Of a stretch of DNA of 64,000 nucleotides, positions 12,701 through 26,349 are shown one piece after another. The notes under the pieces are model-generated. The model was not told the origin of the DNA and made no database searches. It saw only the letters and a list, made by a program, of their open reading frames with translations. The stretch lies in NCBI GenBank assembly GCA_964234715.1, contig OZ174275.1. One strand, 5' to 3'. The position numbers and the translations under genes were made by a program. Source of the stretch: Podarcis melisellensis. Lineage: Eukaryota. How positions within the stretch are numbered: the first letter of the stretch is position 1; the number at the start of each line of letters is the position of its first letter.

Positions 12701-14291
12701 TAATTATTAGCATAATAATTCTAAAAGCCCTGTTCTGATGAAGTGTGCTCACTGAAGGGCTGTACACTTTTTGATCTGCATGGGTTAATATTGTGTACAC
12801 TGTCCGTGCACTTGTTGAGTGTTACATGTGAGTAACTTTATAAGTCCAGCTATTTATGCAGAGTGGCGCACTATGCACTCATTAAACATAGTATGTGAGC
12901 CCACCTTATGGGAGGCCTTAAGGGCAGACTTGATAAACTCTTTGGAATACATTCAGGAACAATTCATGTGCAAACGAAGCAGCTTATCCATATTCTTATC
13001 ATTTGGCCCTTCAAGGTCATGGGGCTGTTCACAATCTGGGCAAGAAACTGAAAACTGCAAGCAAAAGGTGCTGATCTGCTTCACGCTAAATGCTGACTTC
13101 ATTCACATTCCATTTGTTCTGTTCTATCCCAAATAAGGTGATTTTAAAAATGCCAGGGCAGATATTTTTGTTGGCAAGTGTACTAAAAATACTCCTCCTT
13201 TCTCACTTTTCTTCCTCACCTTCATTTGTTTAATTGGCAACCACAAGAAGTGAATGAAAAATAAATAGTTCCACCAGCAGCTGTTCAGCCCTCTAAAACT
13301 CAGGAAACACACATACACACACCCTTCCTAATACAATCCATTGGAAGAATGATAGCTCAGTTATGGAATGCATGCTTTTTCATGGGAAAATATTCCTGAT
13401 TCACACCCAGGTTCTGTAACTTTTTTGGGGGGGGCACAGGACCATATATATTATATATATATAAAATCACATCAAATATATTTCTTTGCACACTCCAGTC
13501 TTTTCCTAGCTATAAGTGTAGGACTGGGAAAGCTTTCTTGTTTTATGTGCATATCTTCAAAAAGATTAATGAGGCCATATCTTTAAGTGTTTCTCCTACC
13601 AGTCCAGGTAATTCTGAATACAACAGCACAGACAAATACAATATAGGAAAGCATTTTTTAAAAAACAGAAAAACCCGGAACATCATAATTAATTAGGAAG
13701 AACCATGCAAAACTCCTCTTCTGAAAAACATTTCGGGTGTCATATCATAAAACTGACCACATGGTCTGCTTTGTGGAAATATTTACTGACATACCTAAAC
13801 CCCCCCCTTCTTTCTTGCAATGAAAAAAGGCACAAAATAGCAGTTATGCCAGTAAATCAGTCATATTGTCCACCCTACAGAAACAATGTTAATTATATTA
13901 TACAAGCATACCTTTACTTGCATAAAACGGGTTGCTTAAGACAGGCTGAGCATAAAATTGATTAGGCTCTCTTGCTGCAGATTGGGATGCGTTTCTGACT
14001 TCTAACTGTTGAACAATAACTGCAACTCTCTGATTGCTGAAGAAAACTTGGTGAGAATCTAGGAGCAATTTTTTATGTGAGAAAGCTAGGAGCTCAATCC
14101 TGTTAAATTCCTGGGCTGAACATATACTCAGAGGTATCCTTTTGCCTTATTTAATTCTAAGTGTATGGGTGCCTCCAGATCATCAGTATTTTTGAGGGAG
14201 GGATTAAAATGCATACCAGGAAATCAAAGTTCACACAACTAAAGTGGTTTAAAGTGTCCTGTTGCCTAGCACGTCAATTTTTTAAAAAGAA

Positions 14292-14292
<1 letters not shown>

Positions 14293-14347
<55 letters not shown>
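14293..14347. repeat. (GAAA)n microsatellite
   Basis: Directly visible. Confidence 0.95.
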
Positions 14348-14348
<1 letters not shown>

Positions 14349-14601
14349 CCTTTTCTGGTTCGAAAGAAGACAGGGAATTGCATTGAAAAGTTTGAATTGA
14401 ATGATTAATTGTAAAACATATGAACACCCTGCAAACAAGTCAGGATGAAAATTCATTGTTATATAACCTTTCCACAAACAAATCAGAATGAATGCTTAGC
14501 AGAGATCCCATACAATATTACCGGTACTTCCACATAAGCTTTGTGCAAACAAATTAGGATGAATACTCAGTAAATAGGTTGCCTGGAGGAGTTCTGTGTC
14601 T

Positions 14602-14930
14602 TGTCAGGTTTAGCGTGTCTCCCACACAAGACACGGAACGCTGGCAGTTTAAGTAGCTGAGGTTTATTTCTCAATAACAGGCTTACAGCAGTCCAGGCTT
14701 CTAAAACTCATCCTTCGCCATCAGAGTCAGTTGACTCGACTGGCTTCTGACCCCAACCAAGGCCAGATATACGCCACGTCCTCCCCGGCCTCCTGCTGGC
14801 CCACCTTTGCTCTAATTGCTTGTTCCTACTTCTTGGTGACTCAGGTGCAGCCAATTTCTCCTCCCCTGGAGGTGGAGACTCAGGTGCAGCCAATTCTGGA
14901 GATTCCTCTCTGCTGGGCATGTCCCTGACA
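14602..14930 (-). mobile_element. Solo LTR (Gypsy-type likely), 329 bp
   Basis: Terminal inverted TGTCAGG...CCTGACA. 5-bp TSD tgtct/tgttt (1 mismatch). AATAAA on the minus strand near 14665. Internal 19-bp direct repeat gactcaggtgcagccaatt. Confidence 0.75.
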
Positions 14931-15174
14931 TGTTTGTTCCACTATGGGCTTATCCAAACTTACGGTACCTTTCCTCCCCTCTTTCCAGGGATGGTGCAAG
15001 TCCCCCCCTTTTTGCTCTGGAGTTCCCCCCACAAAAACCCGCTCTTTAAAGCTGAATCAGAGGAAATGTTGAAAACCCGAGTATGTTTGCCAACTCGAGT
15101 TGATGTTTGTGTGTGCCACTTATTTTTATTTCTTTATTAAATTTGTATAGTGCCCTTCATCCAAAGTTCAATCT

Positions 15175-15452
15175 TAGAGTTGCCATATTTTAAAAAGCGA
15201 AAAAGAGGACGTTATGACGACTCTCATTTTAAATACCCCCACTATATGTAGGCTATAGAAGCTGTGCATATTGCTGAGGGGGGCAGGAGAGGAGAAGAGG
15301 AAAGCAAGTCTTCAACCATCAGCTATGTCTATGTCTCATCTAGAAAGTATAGCCAGAGAAATTTTGGCAAATTTAAAAAATCCACCTGGACAGAAATTTT
15401 ACCTCTGAAAAAGAAGACATGTCCTGGAAAAAGAAGACACATGGCAACCCTA
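15175..15452. mobile_element. Old hAT-like MITE within L2 3' fragments (about 15120-15595)
   Basis: TIR tagagttgccat / atggcaacccta, no clear TSD. Flanks resemble an L2 3' end on the minus strand. Confidence 0.45.
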
Positions 15453-15594
15453 AAGGACATATAAAGTTAATCAGCCCAAGGCCAGAATAAAGAGAAATGT
15501 TTTTGCCTGGAGCCTAAAGATATGTAATGAAGGCACTAGGCTAGCCTCCCTGGGGAGAGCATTGCACAAACGGGGAGTCACCACAGAAAAAGCC

Positions 15595-15665
15595 CTTCCT
15601 TCCTTCCTTCCTTCCTTCCTTCCTTCCTTCCTTCCTTCCTTCCTTCCTTCCTTCCTTCCTTCCTT
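15595..15665. repeat. (CCTT)n microsatellite
   Basis: Directly visible. Confidence 0.95.
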
Positions 15666-15974
15666 TTTTGAAAAGTTTATAAGATTTTATTAATACATTA
15701 CAATGAAAAACTAATCTAAATGAAAACAAAAACAGAAAAAAGAAAAGAAACAAGAGCACACAAAACTCCTCTTTCACAGGTAAATCTTAACTTGACCAAC
15801 ACAGAGAAAGGTGAACCCTCCCAGCTCTCACGTGGGAACTTCCCTTCCTTCTCCCAGCTTCCCACCCTGGGAGATCTTCCCTTCCATGCCAACAACAATC
15901 CCAATTAGATCACACAAACCTGAAGTCTAACCACCTCAGGCTTAAGAAGGAGTCCTAGGACAGGCCCACTATTT

Positions 15975-16910
15975 TCATAGGAACCCCTTTCTCCTGATTA
16001 CTCTCTTTACAGCATCTTTCACTTCTTTGTTCTTTACACTGTAGATCAAGGGGTTCAACATTGGAATCACAACTGTGTAGAACATGGAGACCATCTTGTC
16101 CTGATCTTCTGAGAAGCTGTTGCTGGGCTGTACCACATAGATAAAGAAGAGGGTCCCGAAAAAGATGGAAACGGTGGTGAGGTGGGAGAAGCAGGTAGAG
16201 AAAGTCTTACGCCGGCCCTCTGCAGAGCGGATCCTCAGGATGGCAGCGAGAATGTAGATGTAGGAGATGATGACAAGAGAACTGCTGAGAGTGCCCAGTG
16301 TGCAGGACATGGCAAAGAGCACTAACTTGTTGATATGTGTGTCTGAGCAGGAGAGCGATATCACTGCAGGGATGTCACAGAAGAAGTGATTGATCTTGAA
16401 CTGACAGAAGGTTAACTGGAAAGTTAAGGCTGTGTGTGTAATGCCATTTAGCAGCCCCACACAATAGGGGCCAGCCAGCAGTTGGAGACAAACTTTCCTA
16501 GACATGATGACCTTATACAACAGTGGGTTAGAAATGGCCACATACCGATCATAGGCCATTGAAGCCAAGAGGTAACATTCGACACCCAAAAAGAAGCCAA
16601 AGAACCACATCTGTGCCGCACACCCGGGCAAGGAAATCATTTTGCTCTCTGCAACAAAATCCACCAACATCTTAGGGGTGACAACTGAAGAATAGCAGAG
16701 GTCCACAAAGGACAAGTTGCTGAGAAAGAAGTACATGGGAGTGTGAAGCCGGGAGTCAGTCCTGATTAAGAGGATCATCCCAAGATTTCCCACGAGGGTG
16801 ATGAGGTAGACCACTCGGAAGAATATGAAGAGGAGGATATGCAGCTCTGTAGAGCCAGCAAAGCCCAGAAAGATAAATTCATGCACCATGGTGTGGTTTA
16901 CATTGGCCAT
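15975..16910 (-). CDS. Olfactory receptor, class II (OR5-like), 311 aa
   Basis: N-glycosylation site NHT, GN in TM1, [42 protein letters not shown]. Splice acceptor ttttctacacag just upstream of the ATG. Confidence 0.93.
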   Translation of the reverse strand: MANVNHTMVHEFIFLGFAGSTELHILLFIFFRVVYLITLVGNLGMILLIRTDSRLHTPMYFFLSNLSFVDLCYSSVVTPKMLVDFVAESKMISLPGCAAQMWFFGFFLGVECYLLASMAYDRYVAISNPLLYKVIMSRKVCLQLLAGPYCVGLLNGITHTALTFQLTFCQFKINHFFCDIPAVISLSCSDTHINKLVLFAMSCTLGTLSSSLVIISYIYILAAILRIRSAEGRRKTFSTCFSHLTTVSIFFGTLFFIYVVQPSNSFSEDQDKMVSMFYTVVIPMLNPLIYSVKNKEVKDAVKRVIRRKGFL

Positions 16911-17837
16911 TCACAATGTCTCTGTGTAGAAAAGTAGAAGCTAAGTTCTACTATAGTGCAGGGAATGTAGATGAAATACAGGCTGTGAATGCAATAGGTT
17001 GTGAGGAGGGGATTTGCCACAGCTCATGCTCTGCATAAAGAAAGTCCCTGTTTCAATTCCTGGAGTCTCAGTGAAAAAGAGAATCAGGCTGCAAATGACA
17101 TGGAAAGTGTCTCTGTGCTGGTGGAACACAGAGAGCTGCTGCTGGTCAGAACAGAGAAAATAAAGAAATACTAGTTTTCTATTTCAGCTGTTGCATATTT
17201 AGGAAGCTATTTTAAGAAAAAAAGATGATTTCTGAAAATATGCACGATACCTATAATGATATCTATAATGTTCTCTGCCTTCCTTTTTACAAGATTCTTG
17301 TTCTGCGTAATGCACTTTCTACCTTTTAAAGAAGTCAATGGCTAGGAAAATGTTGCAAATAATGAAAAGCAGGGGCACTGATGGAACAAGAAGGATTTTT
17401 TAAAAAATCCAATTTGAGGTGCGGGGAGGGAGAAAAATGTGTCCAGACAACCCACATTGTGCAATTTGAAGCAAAAACCAACTATCCCCCCAAGCCTTCC
17501 CATATCCCTATGAGTCATTAACTTTCTTATCTCTTTTACTTAAAACAAAATACACTTCCCATAATTGTCCTGGCCTCCTTAGGAATGTGGCACTGGAATT
17601 TTTTGGCAACTTCTTTCGCTGTTTCAATCTTACATCAGTGAGAACATTGAAATGATGGTAGTGATTTAACTTGTAGCAATTTCTGAGTTGCTTTGGTCTG
17701 AGAACCTGTACTCACTGGATAGAAAGTCCCATTTGAACTTAATGGGACTTACTTTGGGAAGTCTTGTATAGGATCTCAATGCACATCTTCCAGATGAGGT
17801 TTTCTTGGTCTCTCCAGGGTTGTTTACAAAGGCAAAG

Positions 17838-17950
17838 ATCTTTATATCCTTCTGAGTTCTTCAGTCTGGGGCTTTGAGGACCCATTTCTACTATCAGGTG
17901 GTAAAGCTGCAATTATTTTTTGTTCCATTGGGTATGAACATTAATTGCAC
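17838..17950 (-). promoter_or_regulatory. Putative promoter of OR 15975-16910
   Basis: Minus strand: ATATAAAG (about 17840-17847), O/E-like half site (plus ctggggctttg at 17866), homeodomain TAATTG (17910-17915). Candidate donor cca|gtgagt near 17715. A full O/E-like TCCCATGAG occurs near 18207. Confidence 0.5.
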
Positions 17951-20461
17951 TGAAAAATGAAAGATGCTTTGGCCACAGTAAAGCCTGTCTTTTTCATCTG
18001 CTAACCTTGAAAAACAAGAATATTACTTAGAATGCCATTAGCATTCTGAATTCAGAATAAATGTAGCCTCATAGAATCTGAAGCTGTTTAACACTTGCAT
18101 TTGACATTATTTATTTCATTTATATCCCACTTTTTCTCCAAGATGCTCAAGGTGGCATCAGTATCCTGAATTCAAAAAACACAGGTCAAAGTGGTTTTCT
18201 GCTTGTCCCATGAGTCTGAGTGGCTTTGCCTTTGTCCCAGTGCTTTCCTCTGGAAAGCCTGCTCTTTAGCACTAAATTGGAACCAACAACAATCTGTGGA
18301 GAACTCAATTGTCATTTGTTCCATTTCAGTGCTAAACCATGGGTTTTCCTGGGGGAAAGTGGTGAGGCAAACAGAGAGGCAAACAGAGCCCTTAATTTTG
18401 CCCTTGTAAAACTAAGCAGGGAGGAACATGGGGACAAAAGTAGAATTAATTTGTTTCGCCTGTCATTGGCTCTGGCTGCACCTACTGTTAACTTATTTGC
18501 CTTCTGCCCTACCAGATCAAATGGGCACCAGCCCCTGAGGTGGAGGGAATAGCAAGCAAGACATTATTGCGGGGTGTAATGCTGCAATGAATTGTTTTGC
18601 TGTAGTAGCACAAATGGTAATGTTTTCTGGAAGCAGATAACAAGGTGTTTGGAGCGATAACGTTCATACATCATTGATGCAAAACATTGACTTCCTTTTC
18701 AGCATTTGATAGATAATCCAGAACAGCCTTTACTGGGTCATGAGTATTATGGTGACTTTGCAAGCATTTGTTTATTCTTTTTTTTGGGAAGGGTGAATGG
18801 AAAGCAGAAGGACAGAGAGCAATATAGACTCATAATCTTGCTCCAAGCCAACTTCCAGCATTTCTTCTAGTATTCTCAAAGCCATTTTAGATATTCTTTC
18901 CTAGCATGTACTTGCATCTTCAGCCTCTGAGATTTTCCTGCTAGAAACCTCACCAATCCCATATGTCTAGCTAGCCATGATGACCTTCTGCCAACTGTTC
19001 CCTTAACTAACTTTAATTTTTACATTAACCATGTAAATTAATTACATTTAATTTTTTTCTTTTCTTAGCCGCTCATTGCAAACTCTGCCCTTTTATCCAT
19101 ATATATATATAGATATAGATATACATAAAATCAATTTACAAACAAGAAATAAAAACACAGGCATTACACAGTTATATATATATATTTAATAAACTTTTTT
19201 TTAAAAAGCTTCTTTTCTTTACAAATGCCAAAGTGCAAAACAACAAGCATCCACCCCCCACCCTGAAATACCTTCTACCATACAAATACATATTACATAC
19301 CAGGTTTCCCCTTTAAGGTCTTAAGGGGAACTACACATCTCACACATGCATAGGCTGGAAACAAAAGCTGCTGCTGCTTAGGCTTAATGTTTCCCTTCCC
19401 AAAGCTTATTGGCGTTAGCCTGACCCCTAAGACCCTTTTCCTCTTGCAGTGTTCTAAATGTATATTTGGAAGCCAAACATACATTTGAAATGTTTGTGAA
19501 GAAGCGGTTCAGTGCAAAACTCGATGGTTGATTTTCCTTAACAAATCACCATCAATGGGTGGAAGGCAAACAGGATCATAATCAAGGTGAGAGGTTTGTA
19601 GGGGGCTTTAAGTCTCTGCCCCATCATAGTCCCAATGAGAATCTACCCACACTTGCTATTTCTTCTTTCCCCTGCTCCAACCTTGTGTTATCATGGAAAT
19701 CATGGGACAAATGTCATGTCAAGCTTGGTGCTTAAGGAGAATTTAAAGCAGAGGAGCTGCAGACAGGGAAAGGGCCAGGGAGACTGGTCGCTGCTGGTCC
19801 AAATTTTTGCCCAAAGGAAAAGCATCCATAATTTTTTTTGCTATACACACATATATTTAGTGTGCAGCACCTTGCTTAATGCTAGTGCAGAGTTTGAAAT
19901 TTAATTCAATGAAGATCATTGAATTTAATTCAATGAACCAGATCATATTGATCTGAATATATTTCTCTGCTTCTTAGACCAGTATCCCCTCTGCTTCTAT
20001 TGCAATATTTATTTATTTGCTGTGAAATTCCTTTCTTGAACTGTTAGCAATTTAGATATTAGCTGTTTCAACATTTAACAGTGCAGTCCTGTACATGTCT
20101 ACTCTGAAGTAAGACTTCTCAAGCCCAGACGAGAGTGCACAGAGCTACCACCTCATTGAGCAGTCCTCAGGTAGTGGTGATAAGATGGTAGAAGAATCTT
20201 CACTTCGCTCCTTCCAGGGCAGAAGGTGTATGGGAGCTGCTTTCCTGTCCTTTTCTTTGCCTATGATATATATATATTTAAATTCCTTCCCACAAACATA
20301 AATGGGAAAGAAAACCACTATTCTACCTCCAGGACTCAGAGTTTCGTGCTGTTTGGGGGCCTTTTCAACAGTCTTCACCAACACACTTCCTTTCATGAAT
20401 TCCCCAAACACAAATGAATGGAAATAGCAACTTTTTATGCAAAAAAATGAATAACTGCATA

Positions 20462-21394
20462 TCAGGAGAAATGTTTCATTCTAAGCACCCTCTTGACTGC
20501 GTCTTTCACATCTTTGTTTCTTAGGCTGTAGATCAAGGGGTTTAACATGGGGATCAGCACAGTGTAGAACATGGAGACTGTCTTGTCTTCATCTTCTGAG
20601 GAGCCAGAGCTGGGCCGGACATAGATGAAGAAGAGGCTCCCAAAGAAAAGAGAGACAGCGGTGAGGTGGGAAAAGCAGGTAGAGAAAGCCTTGTGCCTCC
20701 CTTCACTGGAGTGGATCCTCAAGGTGGCTGCAAGGATGTAGATGTAGGAAATGATGACAATAAAGCCACTGACTGTTCCAAACATGAAGGAGAGACCAAA
20801 AAGCACCATCAAGTTGAAACTTGTGTCAGAGCAGGAGAGCGATATGACTGCAGGGATGTCACAGAAGAAATGGTTGATTGTGGACTTGCAGAAAGTTAAC
20901 TGGAAAGTTAAGCTGGTATGTGTTGTAGCATTTAGTAGCCCTGCAAGATATGGTCCAACCATCAGCTGGGCACAAATTTTCTTCGACATAATGACTGTAT
21001 AGAGAAGAGGCTTGGAAATAGCTACGTACCGATCGTAAGCCATGGCTGCCAAAATGAAACACTCAGTGGCCACAAAGAGACAAAACATAGCCATCTGTGC
21101 TGCACATCCAGGCAAGGAAATGCTTTTGCTTTTCACGACAAAATCCATCAACATCTTAGGGGTGACAACAGAAGAATAGCAGAGGTCCACAAAGGACAGC
21201 TGGCTGAGGAAGAAGTACATGGGGGTGTGAAGTCGAGAATCGATCCTGATTAATAGGATCATCCCAAGATTCCCCACAATGGTGATGAGGTAGACTACAA
21301 GGAAGAATAGGAAAAGCAAGATTTTCAGCTCTGGTGAGTCAGTGAAGCCCAAAAGTATGAACTCATATATGGTGCTGTGATTTTCCCTTGACAT
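20462..21394 (-). CDS. Olfactory receptor (OR5-like), copy A1, 310 aa from MSRENH
   Basis: All OR motifs intact. ATG at 21394 lies behind the acceptor ttctctacag| (AG at 21407-21406). Near-identical to 31068-32000. Confidence 0.95.
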   Translation of the reverse strand: MSRENHSTIYEFILLGFTDSPELKILLFLFFLVVYLITIVGNLGMILLIRIDSRLHTPMYFFLSQLSFVDLCYSSVVTPKMLMDFVVKSKSISLPGCAAQMAMFCLFVATECFILAAMAYDRYVAISKPLLYTVIMSKKICAQLMVGPYLAGLLNATTHTSLTFQLTFCKSTINHFFCDIPAVISLSCSDTSFNLMVLFGLSFMFGTVSGFIVIISYIYILAATLRIHSSEGRHKAFSTCFSHLTAVSLFFGSLFFIYVRPSSGSSEDEDKTVSMFYTVLIPMLNPLIYSLRNKDVKDAVKRVLRMKHFS

Positions 21395-22773
21395 GCCTTT
21401 TAGTTCTGTAGAGAATGTAGAGAAGAAAACACAAACGATTTCTGTAAAACTCGTTTGGATCACAGAAAACTCTGAATCCTTGTATCCTGCTGGCTATCAT
21501 GCCTCCTATGGTTATGCCTGTGCTGACCCAAGACATTTTGTTGCCTTAGGCAAACTAGAAAATGCTCTGCCAGTCATTGAACTAGGACTAGGACACTGAA
21601 CACTAAGCAGATGATAACTACCACCCTCTTAGACACACCCTCTTAAACATTTTTAAAAATGCATTTGTTTAGTTTTTTTGAGTGTTGAGCATACATTGAA
21701 CAGAAGGTTTGAGTCAGTGACTTCCAAAGTCTGTGCCAACCCTAAAATGATTTGATTTGGGGCTTCCAGTTTCGCTCTGTCTTAATGATGATTGATGGTA
21801 ATTATCCTTGTAAATTTTCCCCAGGGATGGGGGTTCGGTGGGCTTCACTCGCAGTTTGTCTCGGTACCTGGCTCTTGTTCTGGCATGGAATGTGGGAGTC
21901 AGGGTGGCGCTGAGTACAAAAGCACTTTGCCTGCCAAAAACCCTCCAACGTCACCATTAAGAAACAGAGGTTCTCCTGTTAATTAGAGCTTAATTGGACT
22001 AAAGTACAGGCATGTGCTGGAAGAGATGATATCACAAACTGTGGAAGAAACCAGCTGCAAGGACTTTAAGGTTTTAACTTGATATAAGACTTCATTCAGT
22101 GCAAAAGACAGTGGGGGGGATGGAGCCTATGGTTTTCTTCTCTACATTTATGATTTGGCAACCCTCCTCTGAATGTTAGTTCAAATTATATTTGTAGAAG
22201 CAAGGATGGAAGAAATTGGAATTTAAATATGGAATATAACATCAAACAGAAGTGTGTGTGTAAAAAAAGGAAAAAGGGAAGGGAATCTCTATTTTGCAAA
22301 AGGTTTACTATGGAAACTGAGAGCTGACGCTTCCCCATCCTTTATTATTTACAAAGTGAACTGAATAACACTTAGAAGACTTGGAATTTTATTTAATTGA
22401 AAGGATAATTGCTCACATATTTTCAACTGGAAGGAAGGAAGAAAGGAGTGTGAACTGCCAAGGAACTGATAGGGCTCTGTATTGAGTCATCCGCAGTTCG
22501 ACAGACTGCTCTTCTACCCAGGCTGAGAGGGAAAATGGTGACAACAGGTAATATTTACTCAGACAGAGTAACTTTTGCAGCTGTTGTTGAAAAACAACAG
22601 AGCACGGGATGGAGAAATTTCTGGAACAGCAATAGGATATCAGTTCTGCCCAAGGCATGGCAGACAGGAAGAAACACCACAGACAGAATAATTGCCACAC
22701 ACAGGAAGAACAAGCATATAGTTTGAGTTCCTCACTTTTAGTTTTATAAATCATTTAATGTGTCAGCACAAAT

Positions 22774-24883
22774 AATTAAATGCAGATTTCCAAAAAATAG
22801 CAAGGAGAGACAAGAAGGCCTTCTTAAACGAGCAATGCAAAGAAATAGAGGAAAACAATAGAATGGGAAAAACCAGAGATCTGTTCAAGAAAACTGGAGA
22901 TATGAAAGGAACATTTCGTACAAAGATTACCATAATAAAGGACAAAAGTGGTAAGGACCTAACAGAAGAAGAAGAAGAAGAAGAAGAAGAAGAAGAAGAA
23001 GAAGAAGAAGAAGAAGAAGAAGAGTAGTAGTAGTAGTTTGGATTTGATATCCCCGCCTTTCACTCCCTTTAAGGAGTCTCAAAGCGGCTAACATTCTCCT
23101 TTCCCTTCCTCCCCCGCAACAAACACTCTGTGAGGTGAGTGGGGCTGAGAGACTTCAAAGAAGTGTGACTGGCCCAAAGTCACCCAGCAGCTGCATGTGG
23201 AGGAGCGGAGACGCGAACCCGGTTCCCCAGATTACGAGACTACTGCTCTTAACCACTACACCACACTGACATCAAGAAGAGGCGGCAAGAATACACAGAG
23301 GAATTATACCAGAAAGATATGGATGTCTCATACACCCCAGGTAGTGTGGTTGCTGACCTTGAGCCAGACATCTGTAGAGTGAAGTCAAATGGGCCTTAGA
23401 AAGCACTGCTAATAACAAGACCAGTGGAAGTGATGATATTCCAGCTGAACTATTTAACATTTTAAAAGATGATGCTGTTAAGGTGCTACACTCAATATGC
23501 CAGCAAATTTGGAAAACTCAGCAGTGGCCAGAGGATTGGAGAAGATCAGTCTACATCCCAATTCCAAAGAAGCACAGTGCCAAAGAATGCTCCAACTACC
23601 ACACAATTGCACTCATTTCACATGCTAGCAAGGTTATGCTTAAAATTCTACAAGGCAGGCTTAAGCAGTATGTGGACTGAGAACTCCCAGAAGTGCAAGC
23701 TGGATTTCGAAGGGGCAGAGGAACCAGAGACCAAATTGCAAACATGCGTGGGATTATGGAGAAAGTTAGAGAATTCCAGAAAGACATCTACTTCTGCTTC
23801 ATTGATTATGCAAAAGCCTTTGACTGTGTTGACCACAGCAAACTATGGCAAGTTCTTAAACAAATGGGAGTGCCTGATCATCTCATCTGTCTCCTGAGAA
23901 ATCTCTATGTGGGACAAGAAGCTACAGTTAGAACTGGATATGGAACAACTGATTGGTTCAAAATTGGGAAAGGAGTACAACAAGGCTGTATATTGTCTCC
24001 CTGCTTATTTAACTTATATGCAGAATTCATCATGTGAAAGGCTGGGCTGGATGAATCCCAAACTGGAATTAAGATTGCCGGAAGAAATATCAACATCCTC
24101 AGATATGCAGTTGACACAACCTTGATGGCAGAAAGTGAGGAGGAATTAAAGAACCTTTTAATGAGGGTGAAAGAGTAGAGTACAAAATATGGTCTGAAGT
24201 TCAACATAAAAAAAAACGAAGATCATGGCCACTGGGCCCATCACCTCCTGGCAAATAAAAGGGGAAGAAATGGAGGCAGTGAGAGATTTCACTTTCTTGG
24301 GCTCTATGATCACTGCAGATGGTGACAGCACTCACGAAATTAAAAGACGCCTGCTTCTTGGGAGAAAAGCATTGACAAACCTAGACAGCATCTTAAAAAG
24401 CAGAGACATCACCTTGCCAACAAAGGTCCGTATAGTTAAAGCTATGGTTTTCCCAGTAGTGATGTATGGAAGTGAGAGCTGGACCATAAAGAAGGCTGGT
24501 CGCCAAAGAATTGATGCCTTTGAATTATGGTGCTGGAGGAGACTCTTGAGAGTCCCATGGACTGCAAGAAGATCAAACCTATCTATTCTGAAGGAAATCA
24601 GCCCTGAGTGGTCAATGGAAGAACAGATCCTGAAGCTGAGGCTCCAGTAATTTGGCCACCTCATGAGAAGAGAAGACTCCCTGGAAAAGACCCTGATGTT
24701 GGGAAAGATGGAGGGCACAAGGAGAAGGGGACGACAGAGGACGAGATGGTTGGACAGTGTTCTTGAAGCTACCAGCATGAGTTTGACCAAACTGCGGGAG
24801 GCAGTGGAAGACAGGAGTGCCTGGCGTGCTCTGGTCCATGGGGTCACAAAGAGTCGGACACGACTAAACGACTAAACAACAAC
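22774..24883 (+). mobile_element. BovB (RTE LINE), 5'-truncated and decayed
   Basis: Collinear with the 3' ~1.8 kb of the full-length BovB. YADD is mutated to YAVD. In-frame stops at about 23678, 24035, 24175 and 24648, plus frameshifts. (caa)n tail. Confidence 0.93.
22965..23268 (-). mobile_element. tRNA-derived SINE with L2-like 3' end and (CTT)n tail (Squam3-type), nested in BovB
   Basis: Minus strand A box tggtgtagtgg, B box ggttcgcgtct, tail (cta)n(ctt)n. It interrupts BovB ...ctaacagaa[ ]gacatcaagaag. Confidence 0.85.
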
Positions 24884-25619
24884 ACCAAGAAATAGAAGCT
24901 GTTAATATTGCAGTTGTTCTATGAGAGATTATTATTATGACCAGAATGTAATCGAAATTAATAATATTTTGGAACACAGAAATAAAGAAAATAATCAAAT
25001 AATCAAATCTAGCACACATGGGGGCACTGTACTGTATCTAAATTATACAATTTGGTATTTGAATTTTTGGTATTAATAATTATATTATAAATTGGTATTG
25101 TTATAATGAGGCTATTATTGGACTGTAATTGAAAACTAATAAAAATATTATTTTCCAAAAGAAAGTGATATGATTCTAATCTGAGCAAGAGCCCCCAATT
25201 ATTGCAATTTAATGGTGCTAGTGTAATAGTGTGGATTTTTACTCAGGTGAATTTACTATATGTTCAGTGGAACTTACTCATGGGAAAGTGTTCAAAGGAC
25301 TCATTTGTTTGTGAGGGTTCAAAAACCCATGACCCAACCCACAAGCGTAGCCTTCAGTCTTGAAACAAACATCAGTGGGAATGATAATATTTAAAATAAA
25401 AATGAAGTCACTCTCTTCTTTCCACTGCTGACTCCTCATACCACCACCCTTCAGGACTTTCCTTCCCTCAGCCAGTGTCCCTTCCAGGCTCTGCCTGATT
25501 AATGTGTCCTTCCTATGAGCTAGGATCCCGATCTCTCTCCCTTCCCAAATCTGCCACAGAAGTGCCCACCTCAGTCAGACTCACTGCAGAGCAGCCTCTG
25601 GGCTATATGCAAAATTGTA

Positions 25620-26097
25620 CTGTATTTTCCTGTGTATAACATGCCCCTGTGTATAAGACACCTCCTATTTTTGGGGACTCCAAATGAAGAAAATGGGGGG
25701 AGATTGCAGAAAGATGTTGAGCTTTTTTGGGAGAGGATTGACCACAGTTGTTGAGTTTTTTTTGGGGGGGAGGGATGCCCAAAGTAGTAGAGGGTTTTAG
25801 GGGGGGAGATTGAAAATTGCTCACCCATCTGAGTTATGCATTGCCGAAAACAACAATCAACTGTCCCATCACTGCCAGCAGCAGCCAATTGACTAGTCAA
25901 TTGTTGCAGTGACAGCCAATCGATGCCAGACCTCAGCGCAGCCACCAATCACCCACCCAATCGCCACTTACTATCTCCGGCTCGAGGCAGGAACCAATCC
26001 CCCGTCCACCCAATGCACTAGCCATGTATAAGACGAACCAAATTTATAAACATAATTTAATCATAAAAAACCTCGTCTTGTACACGGAAAAGTACGG
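25620..26097. mobile_element. Tc1/mariner-superfamily (Tc2/pogo-like) non-autonomous element, 478 bp
   Basis: Imperfect TIR ctgtattttcctgtgtataa / ttgtacacggaaaagtacgg, TA on both sides. The paralogous site near 32147 is empty. Confidence 0.8.
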
Positions 26098-26349
26098 TAA
26101 CTTTAGGGGGATCTTCTGGATACTGATTCATAATTCAGAATCAATGACTAGGCAAAGTTTGCATTTTTGTCATCCTTTATCTGTTATGAAGCCAATAAAC
26201 CATATTTTCTGAGCTATGTTGGCTACTTAGGGGCATGCAGGAAGTATGCAAAATAACTTCTGACCTCCACCTGATGATGATCCTACAAATTGCCTCCTCC
26301 CGACATAATGCTATGTACAGTATAAACCAGAAATAATTAAGAGAGCCTA

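Noticed and set aside
21395-21463. N-terminal extensions of OR ORFs in the track (also 47611-47649 and 59648-59680)
   Set aside because: They run through polypyrimidine tract/AG acceptors from non-ATG starts, so they are intronic or UTR sequence.
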